From: a virus
Taxonomy: Duplodnaviria > Caudoviricetes
Length of the DNA: 58,144 nucleotides
Reading direction: 5' to 3' (one strand)
IMG/VR virus record: IMGVR_UViG_3300022591_000010
Coordinates: 1 to 58,144 of that record
Part shown: one piece after another, positions 17,472-26,634 of the stretch
How positions within the stretch are numbered: position 1 is the stretch's first letter
Layout: each line of letters starts with the position of its first letter
Position numbers and translations under genes: made by a program
Notes under the pieces: generated by a model
What the model was told of the DNA's origin: nothing
The model's input: the letters and a program-made list of their open reading frames with translations, nothing else
Database searches by the model: none

Positions 17472-17787
17472 ATTTGCCCTCCAGCTCTAACCATTCATCC
17501 AATGTCAAACCTTGTTTGCGCATCTTACGTTCGGCTGCGTTACGCTCTCTGTGGGACAACCCCCCAAAGATTCCGTGCATCTCCTCGTTAATCAACGCTT
17601 CTTTAAGGCATTCTTTACGTACAGGGCAAGGTGGTCTACCATCTTTACCCCAACATATTGCCTTAGCATTATCCGCAATAGGTTTGTACAAGGCTTTGTC
17701 TCTGGGTGGAAAGAACATCTCTGTATCTTCTCCCTGACACTTGGCTTCGTATCTCCAAGCCCATGGCGGGTCGTATTTAGTAGGCAC
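17416..17787 (-). CDS. whiB: WhiB-family transcription regulator
   Basis: W...AKC...FFP...AKAIC...CPVRKECL...GIFGGLSHRER. Confidence 0.9.
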   Translation of the reverse strand: MPTKYDPPWAWRYEAKCQGEDTEMFFPPRDKALYKPIADNAKAICWGKDGRPPCPVRKECLKEALINEEMHGIFGGLSHRERNAAERKMRKQGLTLDEWLELEGKYGKADDNTEQRSKGVSKQ

Positions 17788-18104
17788 TACTCTCCTCTTA
17801 CTGCATTGCGCAGTTCAAAAAAATCCTCCTCCAGTAGTACCACGTAGTTTTCACCATCAAGATGCAAGCCTAGGACAGGAGTCCTGCTATCTAGAATTGC
17901 TTCCTTAGTAATCTTCTCAAGTACTTCTGACTTGATAGTTACCGATTTCTTACCGGTCCACTTATGTTCGATAAGGAGATCATCTGTCCTGACGTCTCCC
18001 TTACGACTCCAAAAGGCACCGGAGGCGGCGTTGCGCTTGCCGCCTGCGACTTTCTCTAAACGCTTTTCATGCTTTATAGACTGCTTCTGTCCCTCACTCT
18101 TCAT
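17787..18104 (-). CDS. Hjc-like PD-(D/E)XK nuclease
   Basis: HEKR...SGA...KGDV...IEHK. Confidence 0.7.
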   Translation of the reverse strand: MKSEGQKQSIKHEKRLEKVAGGKRNAASGAFWSRKGDVRTDDLLIEHKWTGKKSVTIKSEVLEKITKEAILDSRTPVLGLHLDGENYVVLLEEDFFELRNAVRGE

Positions 18105-19155
18105 CTGGACTCAACATCAAGACTGGAGTTGACTTAAGGGTATCCATAACCGCTGCGGTTAGTTCTTCCTTTAGGCCAATCTCTTCACGAATAGAGTCGA
18201 TAAGAGCTTGGGAGCCTTGCCACTTACGATCATTATAGTACATCCAGCCACCACGTCGTTCCACGATACCGTTCAGGATAGACAAGGCTACGATTTCCTT
18301 ACCAGAATCATAGCTACCGGCATCGATAGGTCCGCCATCAGCAAAGTAGAAGTCTAGATAAGCTGTCTGCTGTGGTGGGTAAGTCTTATTTTTAATAGTA
18401 CGGACACGAATAGTCTGACCTACCCGGCGCTTCTCCTGACCAGTACCAACCTCTAGCCACTCATCACGCTTTACTTCGCAACGAATACTATAGGCATAGT
18501 CTTTGCCAAGTCCACCAGGAGTAGTACGAGGATCGCCGTGCAATACGCCAATCTTCATACGATACTGGTTGATCATCATGCCTAGGACAGGACGTTCTGA
18601 TTCAATAAGATCTCGCTTAGTAGCTGAGGCTACCTTACGGAAGAACTTGTTAGTAATTAATGCTCCGCGTCCGACGGTGAACTCATCCATTTCTTTCTCA
18701 TCTTCTGCCCCAGGAACCAAAGCGGGAAGAGAGTCAATAACGACCATATCAACAGCCTTACTTTCCATGAACTTAATAACCGCTTCATAAGCATCCTCCA
18801 TATTATTTGTTTCTACAAGAATGACTCTCTCAGTATCCACGCCACATAGCTCTGCATACTTAGAGTCAAAGTCCTCTGCTGCAATCCATACAGCAGTAAA
18901 GTCAGGGTTAACCTGTTGGTTCGCAGCGATAGTTCGAAGAGCGATAGCTGTCTTACCATGGGAGGCTTCACCAATAAGCTCTACCCAACGATTCATAGCC
19001 CAACCACCACCTAGAACCACGTCTAGTGTCAAGGACCCTGAGGTAATGCGTGGGTTGAGAACCACATCGCTAGCGGCAACAACAGTATTGGCACCTAGCT
19101 TTTTATTAAGCTGAGCCACAACCTTTAGAGCGTCTGAATTAATTGTCATTGCCAT
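18094..19155 (-). CDS. recA: RecA/UvsX recombinase
   Basis: SGSLTLDVVLGGG, Walker A GEASHGKT, VIDSLPAL, INQYR, TTPGG. Confidence 0.95.
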   Translation of the reverse strand: MAMTINSDALKVVAQLNKKLGANTVVAASDVVLNPRITSGSLTLDVVLGGGWAMNRWVELIGEASHGKTAIALRTIAANQQVNPDFTAVWIAAEDFDSKYAELCGVDTERVILVETNNMEDAYEAVIKFMESKAVDMVVIDSLPALVPGAEDEKEMDEFTVGRGALITNKFFRKVASATKRDLIESERPVLGMMINQYRMKIGVLHGDPRTTPGGLGKDYAYSIRCEVKRDEWLEVGTGQEKRRVGQTIRVRTIKNKTYPPQQTAYLDFYFADGGPIDAGSYDSGKEIVALSILNGIVERRGGWMYYNDRKWQGSQALIDSIREEIGLKEELTAAVMDTLKSTPVLMLSPDEE

Positions 19156-19550
19156 TAACCGATCCTGTCTACGATAATATTTGGATTAAACCCGCCACCT
19201 TGACCTACTTGCTTTGCTGGAGTAGAAGGCCCTGAGGCACTACCTCCAGGCATTCCAGCCCCGCTACCTGACTGAGCGATTGGGTAACCACAGTCATAGC
19301 AACGCATACGCTGCGTACCCATAGGAGCAAAGTAGTTTCCTGAGTAACAGTTCGGGCAAACATCTGACTTCTTAGCACTCTGTGCTTTAGTCATTAGCTG
19401 ATCCGCATTAGGATCATAGTTTACCTGAATGTAAGGTTGCTGTGCCGGAGGTGTGTACGGCACCGGTTGAGAAGGTCCTGTTGGAGGAGTGGCTTGACGA
19501 GGAGCAGCAGGTGCTCCCATCTTTCTTGACCACCAATCGTTATTCGACAT
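19155..19550 (-). CDS. Zn-ribbon protein
   Basis: CPNC...CYDCGYP. Confidence 0.7.
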   Translation of the reverse strand: MSNNDWWSRKMGAPAAPRQATPPTGPSQPVPYTPPAQQPYIQVNYDPNADQLMTKAQSAKKSDVCPNCYSGNYFAPMGTQRMRCYDCGYPIAQSGSGAGMPGGSASGPSTPAKQVGQGGGFNPNIIVDRIG

Positions 19551-19965
19551 GTGTTTCCACCTTTGATTCTAGTAATCCAAGATTAAATAAAGTTGATATG
19601 CAGGAGATGGAAGATGAGATCGCCACTACTTTAAACAAACCAGTGATCTTATCTAGATCTATATCTCCCAAAGATTCTAAATGGTCTTCTTCATCTTCAA
19701 TAAAGTATGCTGCAGCAGCTATACGAGCAGCCATATCTGAGTGGGAATCAATGAACGGAAATAGTTTTGCAAACCTTTCTAACCGTTCTTGACTAGCTGC
19801 AATCTCCATCTCAGCAACTTCATCTGAGATAGGAGGAAGACCCATGGCTTCGGCAATACCCTCTGACGGCTCCAACATAGTGTCGTAGATGGCTTGACGA
19901 ATAAGTATAGGTAAAGGTATGTGCTTTACCTCTACACGCTTGTGTTTTCTTTTACGTCTAAACAT
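19540..19965 (-). CDS. Hypothetical protein (likely start MFRRK)
   Basis: TAATG coupling with the polA stop. Confidence 0.65.
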   Translation of the reverse strand: MFRRKRKHKRVEVKHIPLPILIRQAIYDTMLEPSEGIAEAMGLPPISDEVAEMEIAASQERLERFAKLFPFIDSHSDMAARIAAAAYFIEDEEDHLESLGDIDLDKITGLFKVVAISSSISCISTLFNLGLLESKVETHVE

Positions 19966-21944
19966 TAATCCTTTGCCTCTCCCCATTTATCTACAATTTT
20001 AACATCTGCTAGCATAGGGATAGACAAGGCTTTGATGCCTTCCATAGCCTCACGGATAGCGGCTGCTGTTTCTTCGATGATCTCTTTTGGAGCAACTGTT
20101 ACCAACTCGTCGTGAATAGTAAGGATCATGGCAGCACCGTCAGGTAGCAAGCCATCAGCCCGGACCATAGCCAACTTAATAAGGTCGGCTGCAGAACCCT
20201 GGATAACTGTATTAAAGGCCTGGCGCTCTGCGCTGGCACGCTTTCCCATCTCACGAGATAGGAGATCAGGCAGATAGCGACGGCGATTCATATAGGTAAG
20301 AGCGTAAGGCACAGGACCACGTCTACGAGTCTCTGCCACAACCTGACGCTTGTACTTTGAGATAGCAGGGAACTTACGACCAAAGCTGTCTAGCAGGTCC
20401 CTAGCTTCCTTGCCAGAGACGCCGATAGATGCAGCAATCTTCTCAGGCCCAATGCCGTACATCATACCTAGTACAAGAGTCTTAGCCCCACTACGATCCA
20501 CACCCACAGTATCACCGATGGTGGTATAGATATCTACACCGTCGATGTAGTTCTGGCACAGGACTCGGTCGTTGCTAAAGGAAGATAGGATACGTGGCTC
20601 GATCTGCGAGTAGTCGGCAACAACAAGTTGATGACCTTCCGGAGCAACAAAGAGATTACGGATAGCCTTTCCATTAGCTGTACGAGGATTAGGTACGTTC
20701 TGTAAGTTTGGGTTCCGACTTGAGAAGCGCCCGGTGTCAGCACCATATTGAATGAAGTCAGTATGGATACGACCCTTTAATAGAAGAGACTTCTTAGCAA
20801 CAGTCTTGGCTTTGCCAGACGTGGTACGTGTGATGTCCCCGCCCAGATAAGGAATGACGTAGGTCGTAAGCAACTTGTTCAAGTCAGAATAATTGAGAAG
20901 GGCGTCAACTAAAGCATCCTTGCCTTGGAATGACTTTAGCGCAGGCTCAGACACCGAGTAGTCTGAGATAACGGGAGCGAGACCGTTTTCGCTATTTGTG
21001 ACGCCCTTCGGGGTGAGAACGCGAGGTCGAAGTCCGCGACCCCCATCCTTCTTCGCAGAAAAAAGTAACTTTTGTTTTTCAGGACCACTGTTAATGTTAA
21101 AAGCTTTACCGGCTAGTCGATAGATCTCTGCCTTAGTAGTCTCCAACTGGAGCTCTAGGTTTGCCTTAAGAACCTTAAGAGCCTCCACATCAATCTCTGC
21201 ACCATGCAGTTCCATCTTAGATATGACATGCAAGATATCCATCTCAAGCTTAAAGACGCCATGAACATTGTCCTCCTCTAGTTTAGGAGCGTACCTGTTC
21301 CAAAGCTTCCATGTCCACTCAGCGTCAAGGCCGGCGTATGTAGCTACATCATCAAAGGTATGAGCCTCAATCTGTGCACCTACTCCTTTGACCATGTTGT
21401 AATCAAACTCGCGCTTGAGACAATCATCTAAACCTAGGTGACGGCTGTTGCGGGTATCAAGAATAAATGCAGCATTAAGAGTACATGCATATGGTTGGTG
21501 TGGGAGCTCGCCAAGGTACTTGGTGACGCTCTGTATATCAAACTTAAGGTTGTGACCGATCTTTAGAATGTCACTAAAGAACAATGGCTTCAATGCCTTG
21601 AATACTTCTCCAGGAGTAAGCTGATCTGGAGCTTCGCTAAAAATCTTTGTGGCTTTGCGCTCGTCTTTACTGTAATCGCTTGCACGCAATGGCAAGCCCT
21701 TGATCAAACGATCTTGTGCAGAGGGCAGCAACGGATACTCAGTACGGACATACTCGCCGTTTGGGTGCCCCATAGGAATAACATCTACGCGGTTGTGCGT
21801 AGCCATAGCGATCCATACAACCTGGTTCTGACGTGGGTCTCCACGGTGATCGCCCATAGTTTCAACGTCGAATACAAAAGCATCCTGCTTTGAGTAGTAC
21901 TCAACTAAATCTGATAGCTGTTTCTCGGTGGTAATAATATTCAT
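19965..21944 (-). CDS. polA: Family A DNA polymerase (3'-5' exonuclease plus polymerase)
   Basis: DVET (ExoI), GHNLKFD, TGRFSSRNPNLQN, DYSQIE, RSGAKTLVLGMMYG, NTVIQGSAAD, IHDEL. Start placed at ATG 21944 behind SD AGGAGG. Confidence 0.95.
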   Translation of the reverse strand: MNIITTEKQLSDLVEYYSKQDAFVFDVETMGDHRGDPRQNQVVWIAMATHNRVDVIPMGHPNGEYVRTEYPLLPSAQDRLIKGLPLRASDYSKDERKATKIFSEAPDQLTPGEVFKALKPLFFSDILKIGHNLKFDIQSVTKYLGELPHQPYACTLNAAFILDTRNSRHLGLDDCLKREFDYNMVKGVGAQIEAHTFDDVATYAGLDAEWTWKLWNRYAPKLEEDNVHGVFKLEMDILHVISKMELHGAEIDVEALKVLKANLELQLETTKAEIYRLAGKAFNINSGPEKQKLLFSAKKDGGRGLRPRVLTPKGVTNSENGLAPVISDYSVSEPALKSFQGKDALVDALLNYSDLNKLLTTYVIPYLGGDITRTTSGKAKTVAKKSLLLKGRIHTDFIQYGADTGRFSSRNPNLQNVPNPRTANGKAIRNLFVAPEGHQLVVADYSQIEPRILSSFSNDRVLCQNYIDGVDIYTTIGDTVGVDRSGAKTLVLGMMYGIGPEKIAASIGVSGKEARDLLDSFGRKFPAISKYKRQVVAETRRRGPVPYALTYMNRRRYLPDLLSREMGKRASAERQAFNTVIQGSAADLIKLAMVRADGLLPDGAAMILTIHDELVTVAPKEIIEETAAAIREAMEGIKALSIPMLADVKIVDKWGEAKD

Positions 21945-21948
21945 TGCG

Positions 21949-22008
21949 CCTCCTGAAGTGAGGTTGGGGAGCCGGTAGAAAGGAGGTTTAAAAACCCGAC
22001 TCCCCAAC
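21949..22008 (-). promoter_or_regulatory. polA leader hairpin with anti-Shine-Dalgarno loop (candidate pseudoknot operator)
   Basis: 13-bp stem GUUGGGGAGUCGG/CCGGCUCCCCAAC; the loop contains ACCUCCUUUCUA; SD AGGAGG lies 8 nt downstream of the stem. Confidence 0.65.
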
Positions 22009-22022
22009 ATTAGTGGGATAGA

Positions 22023-22724
22023 TTAGATGCCGGCTGCGATTTCTCGTGCGACTTCAGCGAGCTCTTGACGTGATGACATGTAGATGGCATCAGAGGTATA
22101 AGGCTTTAGAGTCTTTACGTAATCAGCAGTGGCGACTGGATCGATATCCCAATCTTCAGCTAGATCGCGTTCCTTTACAGGTACGATCGTATGTGTTGTC
22201 TTTGTTCCTGTGCCAGACTTGCTTACTGCATAGTACATGTCTGAGCGATTAAGAGGACCTGTCTTAGGATCCGAAGCAAGCTTTTCAATTTGCTTACAAA
22301 GACGAATACCTACAGTCATGAGTTCAAGCTGTGGGCCCTCTGGATCAGACAAATTAAGAACAGTGAATGCGAACTTCTGAGAAGGAACGCTTCCTACTGC
22401 AATTAGCGGATCGTCTTCACCAATGCTAACAAAGGATTTCTTACCTGGACGGTTAACCCAGTGTTGCATGAACGACATTGGTTCAGAAGAAATGAACTTG
22501 ATAAGTTGTAGATCTTCATCAAACTTGAAGTCGGTAGCAAACTTGTTGCTCTTTGCAGAAGCCTGCTTGGCTGCTGCCCAACCTGATTGGATGATGGATG
22601 AATTGCCAGATGAAATATTCTCATCTTCTTCAATAAACAGATCTGTATCTTCTACAGATGCTGGGGTTGTGTATGAATCTACATTTGGAACAGTAGACTT
22701 TGCACGTAGTGATGATGTGGTCAT
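22023..22724 (-). CDS. Single-stranded DNA-binding protein (gp32-like OB fold)
   Basis: FMQHWV...KKSFV...DPL...FTVLNL...VSKSGTGTKTT pattern; directly upstream of polA. Confidence 0.65.
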   Translation of the reverse strand: MTTSSLRAKSTVPNVDSYTTPASVEDTDLFIEEDENISSGNSSIIQSGWAAAKQASAKSNKFATDFKFDEDLQLIKFISSEPMSFMQHWVNRPGKKSFVSIGEDDPLIAVGSVPSQKFAFTVLNLSDPEGPQLELMTVGIRLCKQIEKLASDPKTGPLNRSDMYYAVSKSGTGTKTTHTIVPVKERDLAEDWDIDPVATADYVKTLKPYTSDAIYMSSRQELAEVAREIAAGI

Positions 22725-22755
22725 TAGGTTTTCCTTAGGTCGATAGGTCGATAGG

Positions 22756-23229
22756 TCAGTTAACTTCTTGATCGTGAATCTTCTTCCAAGAATCTACCAA
22801 CTCAATGGACAGATCCGGATGACGATTCCAATCTATTCGTGGAGCGTCTATAAGCCCTCGAGCTTCAAACGCAGCCACTGTAGCCTCAACAATTGCTCTG
22901 CTGTACATCCGCCAACCTGGCTTCTTTACACCATCTACAATTGGTGACTTTAGTCTGTAAGGCGCACGTGGAATGTATCCTTTGCGCTCCCATAGACGGA
23001 TAGTCACTAGAGGTCTACCTAGTGCAAGAGCAAAATCCCCTGCACTAAATAATTGTACCACATTTCCGTTAGGTAATGTTTTCACCTGAGGCTTTGAATC
23101 CCAGGCTCCCTCTTCTTTTACTTTAGGTTTCTTAGCCTCAGGATTCAGAGGACGACGCTTCTTCTTAGAACCAGGGTAGTACTCGTCTAGTTCTGATAGA
23201 AGGCGATCTACTGGATCCAGCTCGTTCAT
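22756..23229 (-). CDS. MerR-like HTH DNA-binding protein
   Basis: FSAGDFALALGRPLVTIRLWERKGYIP...WRMYS. Confidence 0.75.
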   Translation of the reverse strand: MNELDPVDRLLSELDEYYPGSKKKRRPLNPEAKKPKVKEEGAWDSKPQVKTLPNGNVVQLFSAGDFALALGRPLVTIRLWERKGYIPRAPYRLKSPIVDGVKKPGWRMYSRAIVEATVAAFEARGLIDAPRIDWNRHPDLSIELVDSWKKIHDQEVN

Positions 23230-23663
23230 GACTTGCTAGGAATGAAGGCGTAGGAAACGGATTTAGGAAACATCGAGTCGATCTCCTCTTCTGTAAGAAG
23301 ACTCTCGTATAGGCAAGCCATTACCTCTGCCTCGTCTAGGATAGGGACAAGCTTGTAGCAACGGTCTGTAAGACCCTTTTGCTTTAGTATGGCACGAGCA
23401 GTATCCTCGTCAAGACGCTGGGATACTCTGCGCTGGCGTTGTAGAGATTGGTAGCCATCTACTTCTTCTGGAAGTGAATACCAGATATGGCCCTTGTCAT
23501 CTGCAGTACCCTCTTTATCAACAAGCTCTGAAAGCTCAGACTTAAGTAGAGACTGTTCTTTGGTAAGGTCATCGATACGACCTCGTAGTGAAACATACTT
23601 GCGGACTTTACTTACGATTGAGTCGCCCTCTTTAGGCGTCTCTCTTTGAATAACTTTTGGCAT
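23226..23663 (-). CDS. Hypothetical coiled-coil protein (Gam/gp157-like architecture)
   Basis: N-terminal coiled coil followed by a beta region. Confidence 0.45.
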   Translation of the reverse strand: MPKVIQRETPKEGDSIVSKVRKYVSLRGRIDDLTKEQSLLKSELSELVDKEGTADDKGHIWYSLPEEVDGYQSLQRQRRVSQRLDEDTARAILKQKGLTDRCYKLVPILDEAEVMACLYESLLTEEEIDSMFPKSVSYAFIPSKS

Positions 23664-23671
23664 GTTATTTA

Positions 23672-23714
23672 CCCCCCTATTAAATATAGTACCACAAGTT
23701 TAGGAGTCTTGCAA
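23672..23714 (-). promoter_or_regulatory. Sigma70/SigA-type promoter with conserved leader, copy 4
   Basis: TTGCAA-17 bp-TACTAT with extended TG, then ATTTAATAGGGGGG. Confidence 0.8.
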
Positions 23715-23858
23715 ACCGTCCTTTACGTACTCCTTTAGGGCAACGATGATGACATCGGTGACTGTACGTCCATCGATCTGAGCCTTGTCCTTGACAGCAG
23801 TCCATAGCTCATCTGATACCCGGATGGTGCGGGTTGGGGTCTTAGGTGCGTTTGGCAT
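23700..23858 (-). CDS. Ribbon-helix-helix (Arc/CopG-like) regulator, 52 aa
   Basis: Manual translation MPNAPKTPTRTIRVSDELWTAVKDKAQIDGRTVTDVIIVALKEYVKDGLQDS*. Confidence 0.8.
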   Translation of the reverse strand: MPNAPKTPTRTIRVSDELWTAVKDKAQIDGRTVTDVIIVALKEYVKDGLQDS

Positions 23859-23870
23859 AGTAGATATATA

Positions 23871-25454
23871 CTAGACCATAGTCTGTTGTAAAAATGCCTT
23901 AAGACTGCCCAAATTTAATTCAACTCCTCCGGCATCATTTATGCCTTCACCATCCATGATCGCATCAGCTACTGAGTTTTTCTGCAACAACATGTCGTGC
24001 TGGCGCTCTTCAATAGAGCCTTCCATTAAGAAGTCTTGGATGACGATCGACGGCCATGTACTAGACGCACGACGGATCCGACCGTTACGTTGTAGAGCCA
24101 AGCCAGCGTTCCAAGGAAGATCGTAATTAATGAGAAGATTAGCTTGAGGAAGATCGACACCGTAACCTCCAGCATCAGAAGAAATAAGGACCCTACAATC
24201 TGCATTAGTTTGAAAAGTAATCTTAGCGGCTTCTTTGTCTTTTGCATTCATTTCTCCTGTGTACATTTGCGGTGAATATTCTTCTAAAATCCTATGTAAA
24301 ATCTTAACCATATGAACGTAGCTGGTGAAGATAACAACCTTATTCTTATCATAGCTATCTAAGAAGTCACTGACATACCTCTGAAGAGCATCAGCTTTAG
24401 GGTGAGCCTTCAATGACTCAAGCTTTCCTGACTCCTCTAGATCGTTGACATACTTAGAGCCATTATCCCCATCGTTCTTGTATCTACTAGAAGAGTTAAA
24501 GAGCAGTTCCGGCCCGTCACACAGCATTCTTAATGCTGTTAGTTTGGACATTATCTTGCCCTTCAAAGCATTAGCTGCCTCGTTCTGGTTCTCCCCAGAG
24601 TAGTGGGAGAAGAGGTCAAACGAAGAGCCGTAACTATCTATGGCATTGTCTAGATCCTCTAAGATTTCCCCGGCAATATGGTTGTAGAGCTTTACACCGG
24701 CCCTATCAAAGGGAACCCTGATAGGTTCTGCAAAGATAGTGTCCGGTAGGTAAGGGGCTACATCGGGATCCTGCTGGCGTTTACGCACACTTACTGTAGA
24801 CATAGCTGAGTTAAGGGTAGGCAGGTTACGGTAGCGCTCTACGCCCCCAAAGTGGTTGCGTACTATAAAGGTTTTATCAAAGAGATCAAAGCGACCAAGA
24901 ACCTTTGGGTCTACAAACTGCATGATGGAGTACAGCTCTTCCGGTTTACCATTCTCAATAGGAGTTCCGGTGAGAGCATACTTGACAGGGCTAGTAAGCT
25001 TCTTTACATGCTTAGATCGTTTTGATCTAAAGCTTTTTATTGCGGTTGCTTCGTCGCAGACGATGAACCCTCTTGAGAGCTTTGATACTTGCTCCCAGTC
25101 GTTAACAACTTGCTCATAGTTAATGATGACATAATCGACGAGCGAATGGCCCCAATCCAGGGCCTCTTCATATTGCGCTTGGCGTTGTTTTGGTGTTCCA
25201 TCAATGACCAAAGGGTTTGAAGTGCCATCGGTAAACTTCCTAATCTGCTCTGACCACTGATACTTTAATGATGATAAGCAGATAATGATACCAGGCTCAG
25301 TTATTTTTCCTATGCTTTTCAGCTCTTCAAGTGCGGCAATAGTAAGAACAGTTTTGCCCAGGCCAAGGTCGTAGGCCACCAGCATCTTCTTACGAGATAC
25401 CATGGCTTCTACGGCCTCGACCTGATAAGGTAAAAGTGTTCCTGTAAATGACAT
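23871..25454 (-). CDS. SNF2-family helicase
   Basis: DLGLGKT, INYE, DEAT, LTGTPIEN, GVDL, QRNGRIRR. Confidence 0.92.
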   Translation of the reverse strand: MSFTGTLLPYQVEAVEAMVSRKKMLVAYDLGLGKTVLTIAALEELKSIGKITEPGIIICLSSLKYQWSEQIRKFTDGTSNPLVIDGTPKQRQAQYEEALDWGHSLVDYVIINYEQVVNDWEQVSKLSRGFIVCDEATAIKSFRSKRSKHVKKLTSPVKYALTGTPIENGKPEELYSIMQFVDPKVLGRFDLFDKTFIVRNHFGGVERYRNLPTLNSAMSTVSVRKRQQDPDVAPYLPDTIFAEPIRVPFDRAGVKLYNHIAGEILEDLDNAIDSYGSSFDLFSHYSGENQNEAANALKGKIMSKLTALRMLCDGPELLFNSSSRYKNDGDNGSKYVNDLEESGKLESLKAHPKADALQRYVSDFLDSYDKNKVVIFTSYVHMVKILHRILEEYSPQMYTGEMNAKDKEAAKITFQTNADCRVLISSDAGGYGVDLPQANLLINYDLPWNAGLALQRNGRIRRASSTWPSIVIQDFLMEGSIEERQHDMLLQKNSVADAIMDGEGINDAGGVELNLGSLKAFLQQTMV

Positions 25455-25663
25455 TACTCAGCCTTTGTCCAACTTCTATGGTTCTTTACGTACACAGTCA
25501 TGTAGGCTATTGACCCCAAGTAAAACCCATACTGCTTAGTCTGCGTGGCGTAGATAAGCCACAGAGTCTCATTAAAAAACAAGACCACCCAGCCCAGCTT
25601 ATTCTTGGTGCCTACAATATATGTCCCTGTGATCCCACAAAGAGCTAGTACCCAAGACCACAT
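25454..25663 (-). CDS. Small PnuC-like 3-TM membrane protein
   Basis: W...G..G...K...GW...N...W..Y....QYG. Confidence 0.6.
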   Translation of the reverse strand: MWSWVLALCGITGTYIVGTKNKLGWVVLFFNETLWLIYATQTKQYGFYLGSIAYMTVYVKNHRSWTKAE

Positions 25664-26208
25664 TATACGTACTGCATCAATCTAGTCTTAACAGCAAACT
25701 CTAGATCTTCTAGAGAGGTGTTGTTGTGGATGTAGGCGTCAAACTCCCAGTTATCTAGGTCATGCTCTGACACATGGTCGTTGACCGCATCGATGCCGAT
25801 ACGCTCTACTCTCCAGATTACACCGGAGAAAACAGACTTGATCCAGTCAGCCTCATTCTGAAAGCGGACATCGGTAATAACATAATTCTTATCTCTATCT
25901 AAGAACTTTGTTGCTTCTACAACCCAGTGGTTATCCCCGAATACTTTGCGGGCACCTACGCCTAAGTCTTGAAGTAGACGGCGAACTTCCGGCTCCTGCT
26001 TAGCAGCATCCCATCCATAGGTATCGACTGCGTATCTCAAATCATAGCCTCCGCCATCCAAATCAAAATTAACAACTGGGCTCATCTCATAGAGCAGGTC
26101 TTTAATCTTGTCTGCAAAGGCGATGCGTTCAAAGCCATGGTTCTCTACTAAAAACTTAGCTACAGTATCTTTACCTGACTGTGCGTATCCTGATAGTCCA
26201 ATAATCAT
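25663..26208 (-). CDS. Deoxynucleoside monophosphate kinase
   Basis: GLSGYAQSGKDT, FADKIK, RRLLQDLG, ITDVRFQNE, HVSE. Confidence 0.9.
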   Translation of the reverse strand: MIIGLSGYAQSGKDTVAKFLVENHGFERIAFADKIKDLLYEMSPVVNFDLDGGGYDLRYAVDTYGWDAAKQEPEVRRLLQDLGVGARKVFGDNHWVVEATKFLDRDKNYVITDVRFQNEADWIKSVFSGVIWRVERIGIDAVNDHVSEHDLDNWEFDAYIHNNTSLEDLEFAVKTRLMQYV

Positions 26209-26339
26209 TTTGATTCCTTTTCTAAAACGTATTTTTCACATTCTTCACAACGGTACCCCTTGATACCTGTTTCTGAGTCTACCCAATCTGGAGTATAAAA
26301 CCTATGACCAGCAACGCCGTACCAACCAATAGGCTTCAT
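26205..26339 (-). CDS. 44-aa hypothetical protein
   Basis: Manual translation MKPIGWYGVAGHRFY...RCEEC...; ATGA overlap with the kinase. Confidence 0.45.
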   Translation of the reverse strand: MKPIGWYGVAGHRFYTPDWVDSETGIKGYRCEECEKYVLEKESK

Positions 26340-26359
26340 ATTTGAGAAGGAATCGGTAA

Positions 26360-26629
26360 TCATTTATTCCCCTTGTAATATGGATTAGGTGCGGTCTTGT
26401 CGCAAATCGTTCGTGTATCGAATATCCAATGATAACTGTATTTTCCATCAGGACCTAATCCATAGCCGTAATGGGAGTGGTCAACTGTATGGGACTTCAC
26501 GCAAATAAGAGGCTCTTTAGCCCGTTGCCAGTGGTCAATTCCCACTGCTGCTTTGAAGATTAAATAGCCTAAGGCTGGGACTGCTATTACAGCAATCCCA
26601 GCGATTAGTGCCTTGAGTTTAGAACTCAC
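26360..26629 (-). CDS. Small membrane-anchored protein
   Basis: N-terminal TM segment and a Cys pair. Confidence 0.6.
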   Translation of the reverse strand: MSSKLKALIAGIAVIAVPALGYLIFKAAVGIDHWQRAKEPLICVKSHTVDHSHYGYGLGPDGKYSYHWIFDTRTICDKTAPNPYYKGNK

Positions 26630-26634
26630 TTAAA

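Noticed and set aside
21977-21987. Perfect plus-strand SD AGAAAGGAGGT as the start of a rightward gene
   Set aside because: There is no start codon at usable spacing, and the sequence would be antisense to the operon. It is better explained as an anti-SD on the minus strand.
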